From Candidatus Caldarchaeum sp. (GTDB lineage Archaea > Thermoproteota > Nitrososphaeria_A > Caldarchaeales > Caldarchaeaceae), in the NCBI GenBank assembly GCA_038896555.1, contig JAWACZ010000005.1, positions 1 through 63,470 of the forward strand: a DNA stretch of 63,470 nucleotides. Reading direction: 5' to 3'. The position numbers and the translations under genes are program-made. Positions 17,243 through 26,311 of this stretch are shown piece by piece. Within the stretch, counting starts at the first letter, position 1, and every line of letters begins with the position of its first letter. Under the pieces are notes generated by a model. The model saw only the letters and a list, made by a program, of their open reading frames with translations. It was not told where the DNA came from and did no database searches.

Positions 17243-18515
17243 GAAGCCCAGTTTCAGCGAACTTGTAAAAGCTAAGGATACAGAACCTTTAATCCGTGGC
17301 TTCTTTTTTACATGTACAGATAAGAGTGAGGAAGAGTGTTTCAAGAGGCGACTGATGGGCACAACCAAAGTCTATGGTCCAGTAGTAATAAGAATCAGAA
17401 AAGGTGACCTTCTATTTCTAATTAATTTAAGTTCTAATGTATTGTATGGGATTTTTAAAGCAGTTTCGGATGGAGGTTTTAATTTACAGCCAGAAGCATG
17501 GAAAGGGAGATACCCTTACCAAGTAAGATTTGAAATTCTTGGAGAAATTATGAAGATAAATGATGCAAAAAAAATTCAACAAAGATTTGGGATAAAAAGG
17601 AATACTCCTCTTTACGGAAAAAAGTTACTTGATTTTATTGATCTTTTTCTTGCCAAGCCTACATTATTAAATGCTTCTATGGGACTGATGAAAAACGATA
17701 CAATTCGCCTAATCATGGAGGAAAAGAAAAAAATTCAGGAGAGAATTAATGAAGTTGATGTTGAAGATGAGATTCCCCTTGTTGAAGCAACAACATTTTG
17801 GGATTTTCCAAGACAAAGTTATGGTTTAACTCCTAAAGGGGACAATAAATATCCAGGCGTTACTCCTGCTTTAATAATCTATAACATGGTATGGAGATAC
17901 ACCGACCCAGGCGATTTGGTTGTTGACCCGATGGCGGGCAGCGGGACAACTCTCGATGTATGCAGGGAAGAGAAGCGGAGATGTATCTGCTACGATATAG
18001 CGCCCACAAGACCTGACGTGATTCAAAATGACTCCAGAAAAATACCGTTAGAAGATAACTCTGTAGACATGATTTTTATAGACTCGCCTTATGGTGATAA
18101 TGTTAGGTATAATGACCATCCAGACTGTATAGGTAAAATTTCCAGCGAGACTGAAGAATTTTATAACGAGCTTGAGAAAGTGATGAAAGAATGTCATAGG
18201 ATATTGAAAGAAGGAAAGGTATTGGGATGGCTAATTGGTGATCAGTGGGTTAAGAATAAATTCACGCCTGTAGGGTTAAAAGTTTACGAGCGCTTATGTA
18301 AATATTTTGAGCCTGTAGACATTATTTGTGTTGCTCGAAGAGGGCAGATCTCTCATAGAGGTCCTTGGTACAATCGAGCAAGGAGACTTAATTTCTATCT
18401 GCGAGGTTTTAAATATCTACTTATAATGAAAAAGCCCTTTCTTGAAAAACCAAGAATCGAAGAGCCTCGAAAAATTAATTGGACCTACTATGAGAGGAAG
18501 AAATTAAAAGCCTAA
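17232..18515 (+). CDS. SAM-dependent N6-adenine/N4-cytosine-type DNA methyltransferase with an N-terminal DCD/EVE-like (PUA-fold) domain
   Basis: Residues about 22-102 read GFFFTCTDKSEEECFKRRLMG...IRKGDLLFLINLSSNVLYGIFKAVSDGGFNLQPEAWKGRYPYQVRF, which follows the DCD-domain consensus. The methyltransferase part has WDFPRQ...YPGVTP..., motif I VVDPMAGSGTT (17922-17951) and motif IV FIDSPYG (near 18078). Confidence 0.8.
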   Translation: MVSEKPSFSELVKAKDTEPLIRGFFFTCTDKSEEECFKRRLMGTTKVYGPVVIRIRKGDLLFLINLSSNVLYGIFKAVSDGGFNLQPEAWKGRYPYQVRFEILGEIMKINDAKKIQQRFGIKRNTPLYGKKLLDFIDLFLAKPTLLNASMGLMKNDTIRLIMEEKKKIQERINEVDVEDEIPLVEATTFWDFPRQSYGLTPKGDNKYPGVTPALIIYNMVWRYTDPGDLVVDPMAGSGTTLDVCREEKRRCICYDIAPTRPDVIQNDSRKIPLEDNSVDMIFIDSPYGDNVRYNDHPDCIGKISSETEEFYNELEKVMKECHRILKEGKVLGWLIGDQWVKNKFTPVGLKVYERLCKYFEPVDIICVARRGQISHRGPWYNRARRLNFYLRGFKYLLIMKKPFLEKPRIEEPRKINWTYYERKKLKA

Positions 18516-18532
18516 GATGGAGACATGGTGAT

Positions 18533-19249
18533 ATGAATATCGAAGATTTAATAAAATTATATGAAGAAAAGAGAAAGATGTATGGCGTTAATGTTTACAA
18601 ACATATATCCGAGCTTTTCAAAGAGGCAAAAAAATTGCATTACGAAGAATGGTCAAAGCACCGAACGGCGAGAGGCGATCACGAACAGTCATGGAGGGCT
18701 TGGAAAGGGAAAAATCTTGAAAAGTTAATCTTACATATAATTAAGAGGGAAGTTGAAAGTTTAGGATTAAAAATAGTTGATGGGAATAAGCTTGAAAGAA
18801 CAAAAAGTGAGAATCTGTCTCGTGAATTGAGTACAGTGAAAAGGAATGTATTAGTAGATTTTGGCGAATTTGGTTCGCACCTTCCAGATGTTGACCTTAT
18901 AATTTATGATCCTAAAACTTGTAAGGTGATTGCAACAATATCATCCAAGGTTACTTTACGAGAAAGAATTGCTCAAACTGGGTACTGGAAAATTAAGCTC
19001 TCAAGAGACGAAGTTACGAAACATATAAAGGTGTTTTTCGTAACCCCAGATGAGGATGGGACGTTAACCACTAAAAAACCAGCGAAAAAAGGAAGGGCTA
19101 TTGTAGAGGTAGATACGGATGGCTGCTATGTTATGAGCAAGACTGATGTAGAGGAAAGCAACAAGGTAAAGATGTTCGATAAATTCATAAGCGATTTAAA
19201 AGAATTGATAAAAAATCGCTCTGAAAAAAAGAATTATCCTAATTTTTAA
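18533..19249 (+). CDS. Putative type II restriction endonuclease (PD-(D/E)xK fold, S-x-K variant)
   Basis: 238 aa, 17 nt downstream of the methyltransferase, with GGTGA before the ATG. The candidate catalytic core is HLPDVDLIIYD...ATISSKVTLRER (PD...D...SxK...E). The family was not identified. Confidence 0.5.
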   Translation: MNIEDLIKLYEEKRKMYGVNVYKHISELFKEAKKLHYEEWSKHRTARGDHEQSWRAWKGKNLEKLILHIIKREVESLGLKIVDGNKLERTKSENLSRELSTVKRNVLVDFGEFGSHLPDVDLIIYDPKTCKVIATISSKVTLRERIAQTGYWKIKLSRDEVTKHIKVFFVTPDEDGTLTTKKPAKKGRAIVEVDTDGCYVMSKTDVEESNKVKMFDKFISDLKELIKNRSEKKNYPNF

Positions 19250-19276
19250 TAATTAAACCTTTTGATCTCAGTTTCG

Positions 19277-20162
19277 GGACTGTAACTTAAGGTCTATGGC
19301 CTGGGTCTTCCCGTTCGTTGGGGGTGGATAAAGTTGGGGTTGGCCTAGGCCGTCTTATAGGTTTCTTCGGCGATAGGAATGTCTTTCTCTGTCTCAGGAC
19401 AACTCCGTGGGTTAGGGCTGTCGGCGTTAGGCTATACGTCAAAGGGGCTCAGCCTCAGGAGGGTAGCGGGGATGTTATGCGAGCTAGGATTCCAGGTAAG
19501 CCATGAGCCTGTCAGGAGATGGCTCCATGGGGCTGGTGAGGCCTTCTCATCTAGCCGTAGACGAGACAGCAATCCGTAACCTCGTCAGGAGGGCCTATGT
19601 ATGGGCTGGACAGCCGAGCGCATAAGGTTCCTTGAGGTAGTTAGGGGGCGGGTCCATAGGCTGGGGAGGGTCTTCAACCCCATGCGTAAGCCCGGGGAGG
19701 CTTTGAGACGGTTGGGAAGAGGCTGGGCGAGGGGTCTGCGTATGGTCTGCTGTCGACGTCGACGCAGGCGAGATAACAGCCGTATACGCTTCTAGAGATA
19801 GGTCTATGCTTAATGCATCGACTTTCCTTAGGATGGTCCTAAGGGCATGCGAAGGTAGTAGTGGACAGGGGTCCATGGTATCCATGGGCTCTAAACGTCT
19901 AGCCATAGAATACTTCCAGGAAACGTTTGGGGAGGGGAGCGGGATAGAGAGGTGGTTCAGAGAGCTGAAGGAGAGGACAAGGAGGCTCTACAACAACACA
20001 AACTCCAACAAGGTAAAGAGCATAGAAGAGATAGCATCAGCCATAGCCCTAACACAACACACCACCCAACACCCAAACGGAACGAAGTGCAATACTTGGT
20101 TGACAGTACCTTGGCCGCTCTGTCCGTTCTGGGCTACGGGCCCAGTTTAACGTCTGCAGAGC
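19277..20162 (+). mobile_element. IS element remnant with a frameshifted DDE transposase (IS6-like signature)
   Basis: The left terminus GGACTGTAACTTAAGGTCTATGGCCT is related to the left end of the element at 16434. Both right ends finish in CAGAGCC. Transposase pieces lie in different frames: HTH (LGYTSKGLSLRRVAGMLCELGFQVSHEPVRRWL), AVDETAIR, VVVDRGPWYPWAL and IERWFRELKERTRRLYNN (D, D and E with K at E+7). Confidence 0.6.
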
Positions 20163-20163
20163 C

Positions 20164-21792
20164 TTGAAATATATTCTTAGCCTTGGTTGGGGAAGATTGT
20201 CTTTAATAGGGTCCGTTTATAAGGTTTTTGAAGCGGCTTTGAAGAGGATAACGGCTCTGTCGATGTTGTTTCTCTGCCTCGCAGCTATAGCCTCGGCCAG
20301 CTCGCAGGCATCCTTCTCTAGGCATATTCATGTCGCCGACGGTGGGCTGGTTTTTGTAACAGACGTTATCCCTGTTGTTTCGGGTTCTGAACAGCTCCGG
20401 CTGGGTTTTCCAGCCGACATGTCGAAAAACCTTGCAGGCTATATGTTGGCCGGGCAGGATGGGACGATAAATGTCAGAGAAACTGAGAGCGGTATCCTAT
20501 GGCTTGAGGCGAAACCCAGCGGCGGATGGATGGGAAACGAGGTTGCCGTCGTAACCGTTTGGAGAGATGTGCTGGTAGAAATATCCAGCGGCAGATACCA
20601 GCTGGTAATACCCTCAAACCCGGTGCTTGAGAAAAACATTGACATTATCTCTGTAAAGTTAACCATCGACGGAACAGCTTCCATAACCTCCGCCACTGGA
20701 ATAGAGGTCTCAAGCGATAAGAGGGTGGCTTCGGGGGAAGTGACAGACATTTCACCGCGGCAGTTCAAAACGATTACGGTGTTTTTCGAGGCGCCAGACC
20801 TTCTCAGATACGTGGTGGAAAGGGCTGAAGTTGAAGTAGACTTAACCTCAGACACCGTTGCAGCGAGCATACTGGTGAGAAATGTTGGAACGACACCCTT
20901 CAACTCAGCGGAGTTTTACCTTGGGAAAGAAGCTGATGTTATGTCGGTTACAAGCGGTCTTCTAACGCTCAGCCGAAGCTGGGATGCAGGCAAAGGAGTT
21001 TTGACAGTCAACTTTCCAGACTCCCTGGAAGCTGGAGAAAGAATAACGGTTAACATCATATACAAGGATAAAACTATGGTGCAGCATAAAAATGGAGAGT
21101 CGGTAATCAAGCTGCCGCGGCTTCTGAACACAACGGTTGCCGAGTATTTCCTGACGTTGAAGACGCCGCCGGCTGAAAGCCTATCCTATGGCTTAGAGCC
21201 ATGGTCTTTAAAGCTTGTTGAAAACAACAGACGCGAGGTTACGTTCCGGTTTGCAGGAATATACGTCACGGGACGTGAGACTGTTACGTTAAACTTCACA
21301 GCTTTACAGGTGTTTCCAGCTCCTGCTTTGCTTTTGCTGGCCATAGCAGTTGTAGCCAGCGTTCAAATCATAGCCTTCAGAGAGCGTCGAGGTAGGAGGG
21401 AAACCCCCGCCGACCTGACCAACCTGCGAAGGGCTGTGGAAAAGTTTGTGGACACGGCCCTCGAAGAATTGGACAGCTTGAAGGCAGTGGAAAAGCCTGC
21501 GAAGCCTCCCAAACCTGTGGAAGACCAAATCCGCTCGGTCAGGGAAATGATATCACAAGCTAGAAAAGGGATTAAAGCGGGCGAGGTAACAGCAGGTCTG
21601 AACACGTTAGATAAGCTTGTCACAGAGCTATATACAACCGTCCAAGCGGTTTCAAAAACCGTCGAAGACTTTAGAGCAGGCAGACTGCCCAGAAGCGTTT
21701 TCCAACGAGTTTTTGACGAGTACAGAAAGGCATGCGGCAAAAGTGCAGGCGAGATATACAACGTTTTGGACAGAATCAGCCGTCAGACCTAA
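20164..21792 (+). CDS. Type I membrane/surface protein of unknown function with a cytoplasmic coiled-coil tail
   Basis: 542-aa ORF. A signal-like segment LSMLFLCLAAIASASSQA suggests the real start is probably the TTG near 20239 or the ATG near 20263. A TM helix (PAPALLLLAIAVVASVQIIAF) is followed by RERRGRRE and about 140 aa of helical tail. No family was recognised. Confidence 0.4.
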   Translation: MKYILSLGWGRLSLIGSVYKVFEAALKRITALSMLFLCLAAIASASSQASFSRHIHVADGGLVFVTDVIPVVSGSEQLRLGFPADMSKNLAGYMLAGQDGTINVRETESGILWLEAKPSGGWMGNEVAVVTVWRDVLVEISSGRYQLVIPSNPVLEKNIDIISVKLTIDGTASITSATGIEVSSDKRVASGEVTDISPRQFKTITVFFEAPDLLRYVVERAEVEVDLTSDTVAASILVRNVGTTPFNSAEFYLGKEADVMSVTSGLLTLSRSWDAGKGVLTVNFPDSLEAGERITVNIIYKDKTMVQHKNGESVIKLPRLLNTTVAEYFLTLKTPPAESLSYGLEPWSLKLVENNRREVTFRFAGIYVTGRETVTLNFTALQVFPAPALLLLAIAVVASVQIIAFRERRGRRETPADLTNLRRAVEKFVDTALEELDSLKAVEKPAKPPKPVEDQIRSVREMISQARKGIKAGEVTAGLNTLDKLVTELYTTVQAVSKTVEDFRAGRLPRSVFQRVFDEYRKACGKSAGEIYNVLDRISRQT

Positions 21793-22870
21793 CAACACTC
21801 TCAACCACTTTGACGATCTTTTCGACAGGGTTTTCCATAGACATAATAAGCTTGCCGGCTCGACGAGACAGCCGAGACCTTATTCGGTCCGCATCTCTCA
21901 CCATCGACACGGTCATTTCCAGAATCTTTTGAAAGCCGTCTGCGTGGACGATGAGACCCTGGTTTTTTAAGTACTGTATAACTTCGGGCAGACGGGAAGG
22001 GTAGAATGATATTGTCGGAATTCCGAGTAGGGCAGCCTCTTGGGTCATAGTGCCGCCTCCGCCGATGAAAATCTCCGAATAGTAGAGCAGTGCAAGGTCT
22101 TTGACAGGTTTTTCAACAACGACTACGTTGCCGCCTACTTGATTTTCTAGGTAAACGACCTCGTCTGCGTAACGTGGAAGCACGACAAGTTTATATCCTT
22201 TGAGCCGGCCCGCCATCTCCTTCAGCAAGTTTGAGAAAGATTCTAGGCTCCAGCCAACCTTGTTGAAGTATGCCGCCTTGTATTCAGGGGTTCTAACCAA
22301 GACATAGTTTTTCTCGTCCAGACCGTACTCGTCCAAAAGCTGTTTGCTAGGCTTGTAGTTTCTAAGCCACACTACCGGGTCGAGCGCTCTGTACAAGATT
22401 ATGTTATGGTTTTGTACCCCAAGCTCCAGCCACCGCTTTTTACCAACGATCCACGGAGACAGCACGCAAGCCGAAACAGGGGCTACAAGCCTGTTGACAG
22501 GAGAGCCGGGGGTGTCTGAGGTTAGGATGTGAGGCTTGCCTAAGCCGTAGGCTATTCTAGCGGCTTCCGGCGACCCGCCTGAAACAGCACAGTCGAATTC
22601 CCCAATTTTTTCTAGAAGCTGCCAAGTTCTTTCAACACTTTTGAAAAGCTTATCCTTCAGATAAAGCCCCCCATACTCGCCCACCACCATCACTTCGGCG
22701 TGCTTGAACTCGGGGATAAGCGGCAAAACCTGCTCGTAGGCTCTAGAGCTGACAGTTAAACGGAGATTCCGGCGTGTCAGCTCCTCGGCCACATGTCTAA
22801 AAAACCAGAACTGTTTAGGTGTAAGGACGTCAAGCCAGACAGAGCTCATCCTACGAATTAGAACTATCAA
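21776..22870 (-). CDS. DUF354 family protein (predicted glycosyltransferase/epimerase-like, COG1817)
   Basis: VWLDVLTPKQFWFFRHVAEELTRRNLRLTVSSRAYEQV is the typical DUF354 N-terminus. GGGGTMTQEAALLGIPTIS is a GT-B-like C-terminal motif. The likely start is the internal Met at 22849. Confidence 0.6.
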   Translation of the reverse strand: MIVLIRRMSSVWLDVLTPKQFWFFRHVAEELTRRNLRLTVSSRAYEQVLPLIPEFKHAEVMVVGEYGGLYLKDKLFKSVERTWQLLEKIGEFDCAVSGGSPEAARIAYGLGKPHILTSDTPGSPVNRLVAPVSACVLSPWIVGKKRWLELGVQNHNIILYRALDPVVWLRNYKPSKQLLDEYGLDEKNYVLVRTPEYKAAYFNKVGWSLESFSNLLKEMAGRLKGYKLVVLPRYADEVVYLENQVGGNVVVVEKPVKDLALLYYSEIFIGGGGTMTQEAALLGIPTISFYPSRLPEVIQYLKNQGLIVHADGFQKILEMTVSMVRDADRIRSRLSRRAGKLIMSMENPVEKIVKVVESVVRSDG

Positions 22871-22928
22871 CGAGTGTAGTATTTAATCTTCTGGAAGGGA
22901 AAAACTAATACCTTAAACAATTGCCTGT

Positions 22929-23924
22929 TTGCTGATGGTTACGTTTATGGATGTCCTTGCAGCCTCAATCGTGGCGGGGATTGCATCGGCCATATTTCTT
23001 CCGCTGAGCAAGCTTGTTTCGAGAAAAACCGGCTGCATGGGGATGGATGTTCACAAAACACCTGCATACCCCGTTCCTAAGCTGGGAGGTCTTTCAATCA
23101 TGGCGGGAACCTACGCCGGTCTAGGCTTTTTGAGCCTGGCCTTAAACCAAACCACGTTGGTGGCCGCGTTTTATTCCTCAACGCTTGTTGCTGGGTTGAT
23201 CGGGTTGTTTGAAGATTTTAGAGAGCTGAACCCCGTGTTGAAGCCTTTACTGTTGACGGCGGCCGGCATCCCAGTTTTGTTGACCGGCGTTTACACACCA
23301 AACCCTGTCTTACCTTTTGTAGGCACCACCCGTCTCACAATAATATATCCTCTGCTGGTTTTTGCGGGCTTCGCTGTAGTCTGCAACGCCGTAAACAGCA
23401 TAGACGTATTAAACGGCTCCATGGGCTACACCAGCTTAGCCGTACTCATACCATTGTCTTTGGTATCGTTTTTGGAGGGGAGGTTGGAGATTCTCGCGAT
23501 ATGCATTATATTGGCCGTTTCGCTGGCGGTCTTCTTGACACAGAACAGCTTCCCAGCCAAGGTTTTCGCAGGGAACGTAGGGAGCCTTTACGTTGGCGCT
23601 GCTTTAACGTTTATTGCCATCACGGGTAGGATTGAGGTTGTCACGATAGTAGCTCTCATGCCGCAAATAATGAATGAGTTTCACATCATCTACTCTCTCA
23701 GAGGGTTTAAAAGTGCAAAAACATCTTCTGCGAGGCCTGTGGTTATTTACTCTGGCATGATAAAAGCTAGCGTTGAAGCAAACGCTCCCATCACCTTGCT
23801 TAGAATGCTTGCGGCAGATAGAGGCGTTACTGAGAGGCAGGCTGTGGCTAGGCTAACTCTACTCTCCCTGTACTCGGCTCTTCTCTCCGTCATCACGTAT
23901 TTCCTATTCATCGGAGGTGTGTGA
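22929..23924 (+). CDS. Glycosyltransferase family 4 (MraY/WecA/AglH-like polyprenyl-phosphate HexNAc-1-phosphate transferase)
   Basis: Polytopic membrane protein with DVHKTPAYPVPKLGGLSI and NAVNSIDVLNG motifs. Confidence 0.7.
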   Translation: MLMVTFMDVLAASIVAGIASAIFLPLSKLVSRKTGCMGMDVHKTPAYPVPKLGGLSIMAGTYAGLGFLSLALNQTTLVAAFYSSTLVAGLIGLFEDFRELNPVLKPLLLTAAGIPVLLTGVYTPNPVLPFVGTTRLTIIYPLLVFAGFAVVCNAVNSIDVLNGSMGYTSLAVLIPLSLVSFLEGRLEILAICIILAVSLAVFLTQNSFPAKVFAGNVGSLYVGAALTFIAITGRIEVVTIVALMPQIMNEFHIIYSLRGFKSAKTSSARPVVIYSGMIKASVEANAPITLLRMLAADRGVTERQAVARLTLLSLYSALLSVITYFLFIGGV

Positions 23925-24169
23925 AAATGGACAGGGCCTTCAAAAATCTCATCGTTCTTTTAACGGTTGTCTGGCTGTTGTTTCTCCTCGCCACGTCTTC
24001 AATAGCATTGCTGGTTAGGCCTGTGCTGGATATGCAGACACCCTCCACTCTGTTATCGGTTGCTAGAACTTTGGCGGGGTTGGCGGTATTCGGGCTGTGG
24101 GTCTTCTCATGGCATAAAATAGCCGAATACTGGCTGTGCAAAATAATGCTAAGGAGAGGTAAACCATGA
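23921..24169 (+). CDS. Small two-TM membrane protein
   Basis: 82 aa with two hydrophobic helices. Its start and stop overlap both neighbours (operon coupling). No family was recognised. Confidence 0.35.
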   Translation: MKMDRAFKNLIVLLTVVWLLFLLATSSIALLVRPVLDMQTPSTLLSVARTLAGLAVFGLWVFSWHKIAEYWLCKIMLRRGKP

Positions 24170-25227
24170 GCCTGCTGTTTATAACCAACTATGAGATGGA
24201 CATAACCCTCGCCCTACATCTTGCAAAAATGGGTTCCGGAATAGTTTTTTACTCTCCGAACCCATATATACTGAGTCAAGCGCTCCAACACTCGATAAGA
24301 ACACATTACACAGTCAGCAAACCAGAGTTTATAAAGCTGTGCGCTGAAGGAAGGTTCAAAACCACCCAGCAGCTGCCAAAAAACGTCGACGAGGTTTGGA
24401 TAAGCGTTAACACGATGAAAGGTGGCGTGGACACATATGCTGATTCTGAAAACCTCCTCAGGAGAGCTGCCCAGGAAATTAATGAGGCTAAAACTTTGAC
24501 GGTAGCCGGGCTGACCAAACCAGGCGAAGCCCCTAAACTCATCGAACTTTTCCACAGCACGTCGAGAGCGCTTGAATGTCCTGTTTTTTTCATGGGCTCG
24601 CCCCAGACAATCTGGAATAAGATACCCGCCTGGTCAAGCGGTGGAAAAGCTACTGCAGCAATCAATTTTTTCAACCCCTGTTTTTTCAACAATATAGAGT
24701 CAGCCGAATGTGCCACAGTGTCGCTGCTTGCCATGGAGGCGGTTAAAAGAATAACTCTTCTGCATCTATCTCGACATTTTAAAAATCAAGAAATCATCCA
24801 CAACTGTCTGCATGACAACGTTTTTCTAAGGGCTGAACACTTAGATGTGTTGAAATACCTGAAAACAAAGGCTGGGATTAATGGAGTATATTCAAGCTTT
24901 TTTACAAATTCTTACAAGAGTTTGGTTAAAGAGCTTGCTAGAATAGAGTCTGAGATAGCGATGGATGTTTTGAAGCTGGCGCGAAAAAGCGGAAAAACAG
25001 TACGGGTGTTGGTTGTGTGCTTTGAAGACGCTGTTATGGAGCGCTTACAGACATATTTCGCTAAAAAGAATGTTAAAGCCGTCCGTGTGGATGAAAGCAG
25101 TTTAGAGAGCAAGGGTGTTGAGATGTGTAAGGGTTTTGACGGCGTTATACTTGCATCACAGCATTTGAAGTTGTGGAGAGAATTTGAAAAAGCCTGTAAG
25201 CAAGTTTGGTTTCTTCCAATAACATAG
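24166..25227 (+). CDS. Nucleotide-sugar dehydrogenase-like protein that appears catalytically degenerate
   Basis: 353 aa with a UDP-glucose/GDP-mannose dehydrogenase-like layout: a central AECATVSLLAMEAVKRITLLHL helix and a C-terminal VRVLVVCFEDAV...KAVRVDE. It has FITNYEMDITLAL where GxGxxG is expected and SSFFTNS where the GGxCxxKD Cys motif is expected. Confidence 0.35.
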   Translation: MSLLFITNYEMDITLALHLAKMGSGIVFYSPNPYILSQALQHSIRTHYTVSKPEFIKLCAEGRFKTTQQLPKNVDEVWISVNTMKGGVDTYADSENLLRRAAQEINEAKTLTVAGLTKPGEAPKLIELFHSTSRALECPVFFMGSPQTIWNKIPAWSSGGKATAAINFFNPCFFNNIESAECATVSLLAMEAVKRITLLHLSRHFKNQEIIHNCLHDNVFLRAEHLDVLKYLKTKAGINGVYSSFFTNSYKSLVKELARIESEIAMDVLKLARKSGKTVRVLVVCFEDAVMERLQTYFAKKNVKAVRVDESSLESKGVEMCKGFDGVILASQHLKLWREFEKACKQVWFLPIT

Positions 25228-25228
25228 C

Positions 25229-26230
25229 GTGATGTCCATGGTTAGGGTTGCTGTGGCTGGAGCGGGTTTCTGGGGGGTTAATCACCTAAGGGTCTTGAAG
25301 GATATCCCAGGATGTGAGATTGTAGGCGTATGCGACATAGATGTTGAAAGAGCTGAGAAAGCTGCAAAACGCTTTGGCATGAACGCATTCTTCAAAGACG
25401 TGGGTGAAATGGTGGAAAAGGTGAAGCCGGAGGCTGTGACAGTCTGCACACCTTCGACAACCCACGCCGGGCTTGCTCTGAAACTTCTTGATGTTGGATG
25501 CGATGTTTTAATCGAAAAACCTATGGCTTCAACCGTCGAGGAAGCGCTGCGGATAATAGAGAAGATGAACAAGAGCGGAAGAAGAGTCATGGTCGGGTTC
25601 ATCGAAAGGTTTAACCCAGCGGTACAGTTTGCCTACAACATCATCGACACAGGTGGGATAGGGGAGGTTCTGCTGTTGTACAGCCGGAGGATAGGCTGGT
25701 GGCCTGAGAGAATAGGCGACACAGGTGTTGTGAAAGACACAGCAATACACGACATAGACCTTGTAACATGGATTTTCAAAGACATCCCGCAGACTGTTTA
25801 CGCCATGTGTGGAAGGCTTAGACACAGCTATGAAGACCATGCTCAAATATTCCTTTCGTACGGGAGGGGGAAAAGCGCCCTTATGGAAGCCAACTGGCTC
25901 ACCCCGCGGAAGAAGAGGGAAATGCACGTCACAGGTGAAAACGGTGTTGTGACGGTGAGGTTTATAGAGCAGGAGGTAGTTGTTGAGAAAGCCGAGCAGC
26001 TCGTAATACCCAACATTCGGTACTCAGAGCCTTTGAAAAACGAGCTTGAACACTTCATCCAATGCGTGAAGACGGGACGTCAGCCTTTTGTTGACGCTTA
26101 CGCTGGGCTTAAAGCAACCTTTATAGCAGACTGCATCCTCGAGTCCGCCCATCTGAACAAGCCGATAAACCTGCTCGAGGTTGCTGAGAAAATGGGTCTT
26201 ACGGCCCTGTTGGGTAAAGGCGGCAGCTAG
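25229..26230 (+). CDS. Gfo/Idh/MocA family NAD(P)-dependent oxidoreductase (sugar-nucleotide dehydrogenase type)
   Basis: N-terminal Rossmann segment VAVAGAGFWGVNHLRVL. The EKP motif (LIEKPMAS) and the family-typical length are present. Confidence 0.8.
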   Translation: MMSMVRVAVAGAGFWGVNHLRVLKDIPGCEIVGVCDIDVERAEKAAKRFGMNAFFKDVGEMVEKVKPEAVTVCTPSTTHAGLALKLLDVGCDVLIEKPMASTVEEALRIIEKMNKSGRRVMVGFIERFNPAVQFAYNIIDTGGIGEVLLLYSRRIGWWPERIGDTGVVKDTAIHDIDLVTWIFKDIPQTVYAMCGRLRHSYEDHAQIFLSYGRGKSALMEANWLTPRKKREMHVTGENGVVTVRFIEQEVVVEKAEQLVIPNIRYSEPLKNELEHFIQCVKTGRQPFVDAYAGLKATFIADCILESAHLNKPINLLEVAEKMGLTALLGKGGS

Positions 26231-26235
26231 GGGCG

Positions 26236-26311
26236 TGGGGCCGCCCGGATTTGAACCGGGGACCTCGCGGGCCCAAGCCGCGCATCTTAGACCATGCTGG
26301 ACCACGGCCCC
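26236..26311 (-). tRNA. tRNA-Pro (UGG)
   Basis: The reverse complement reads GGGGCCG...CGCGG-CTTGGGC-CCGCG...CCCGG-TTCAAAT-CCGGG-CGGCCCC-A. Length 76 nt, no intron. Confidence 0.85.

Noticed and set aside
20131-20147. GGGCTACGGGCCCAG resembling the 5' end of tRNA-Arg plus flank (GAGCCACGGGCCCAC at 16363-16378), as a possible att-type direct repeat bounding the island
   Set aside because: Only 9 contiguous matches (13 of 16 overall), it involves the 5' rather than the 3' part of the tRNA, no integrase gene is present, and it lies inside the IS remnant. Chance cannot be excluded.
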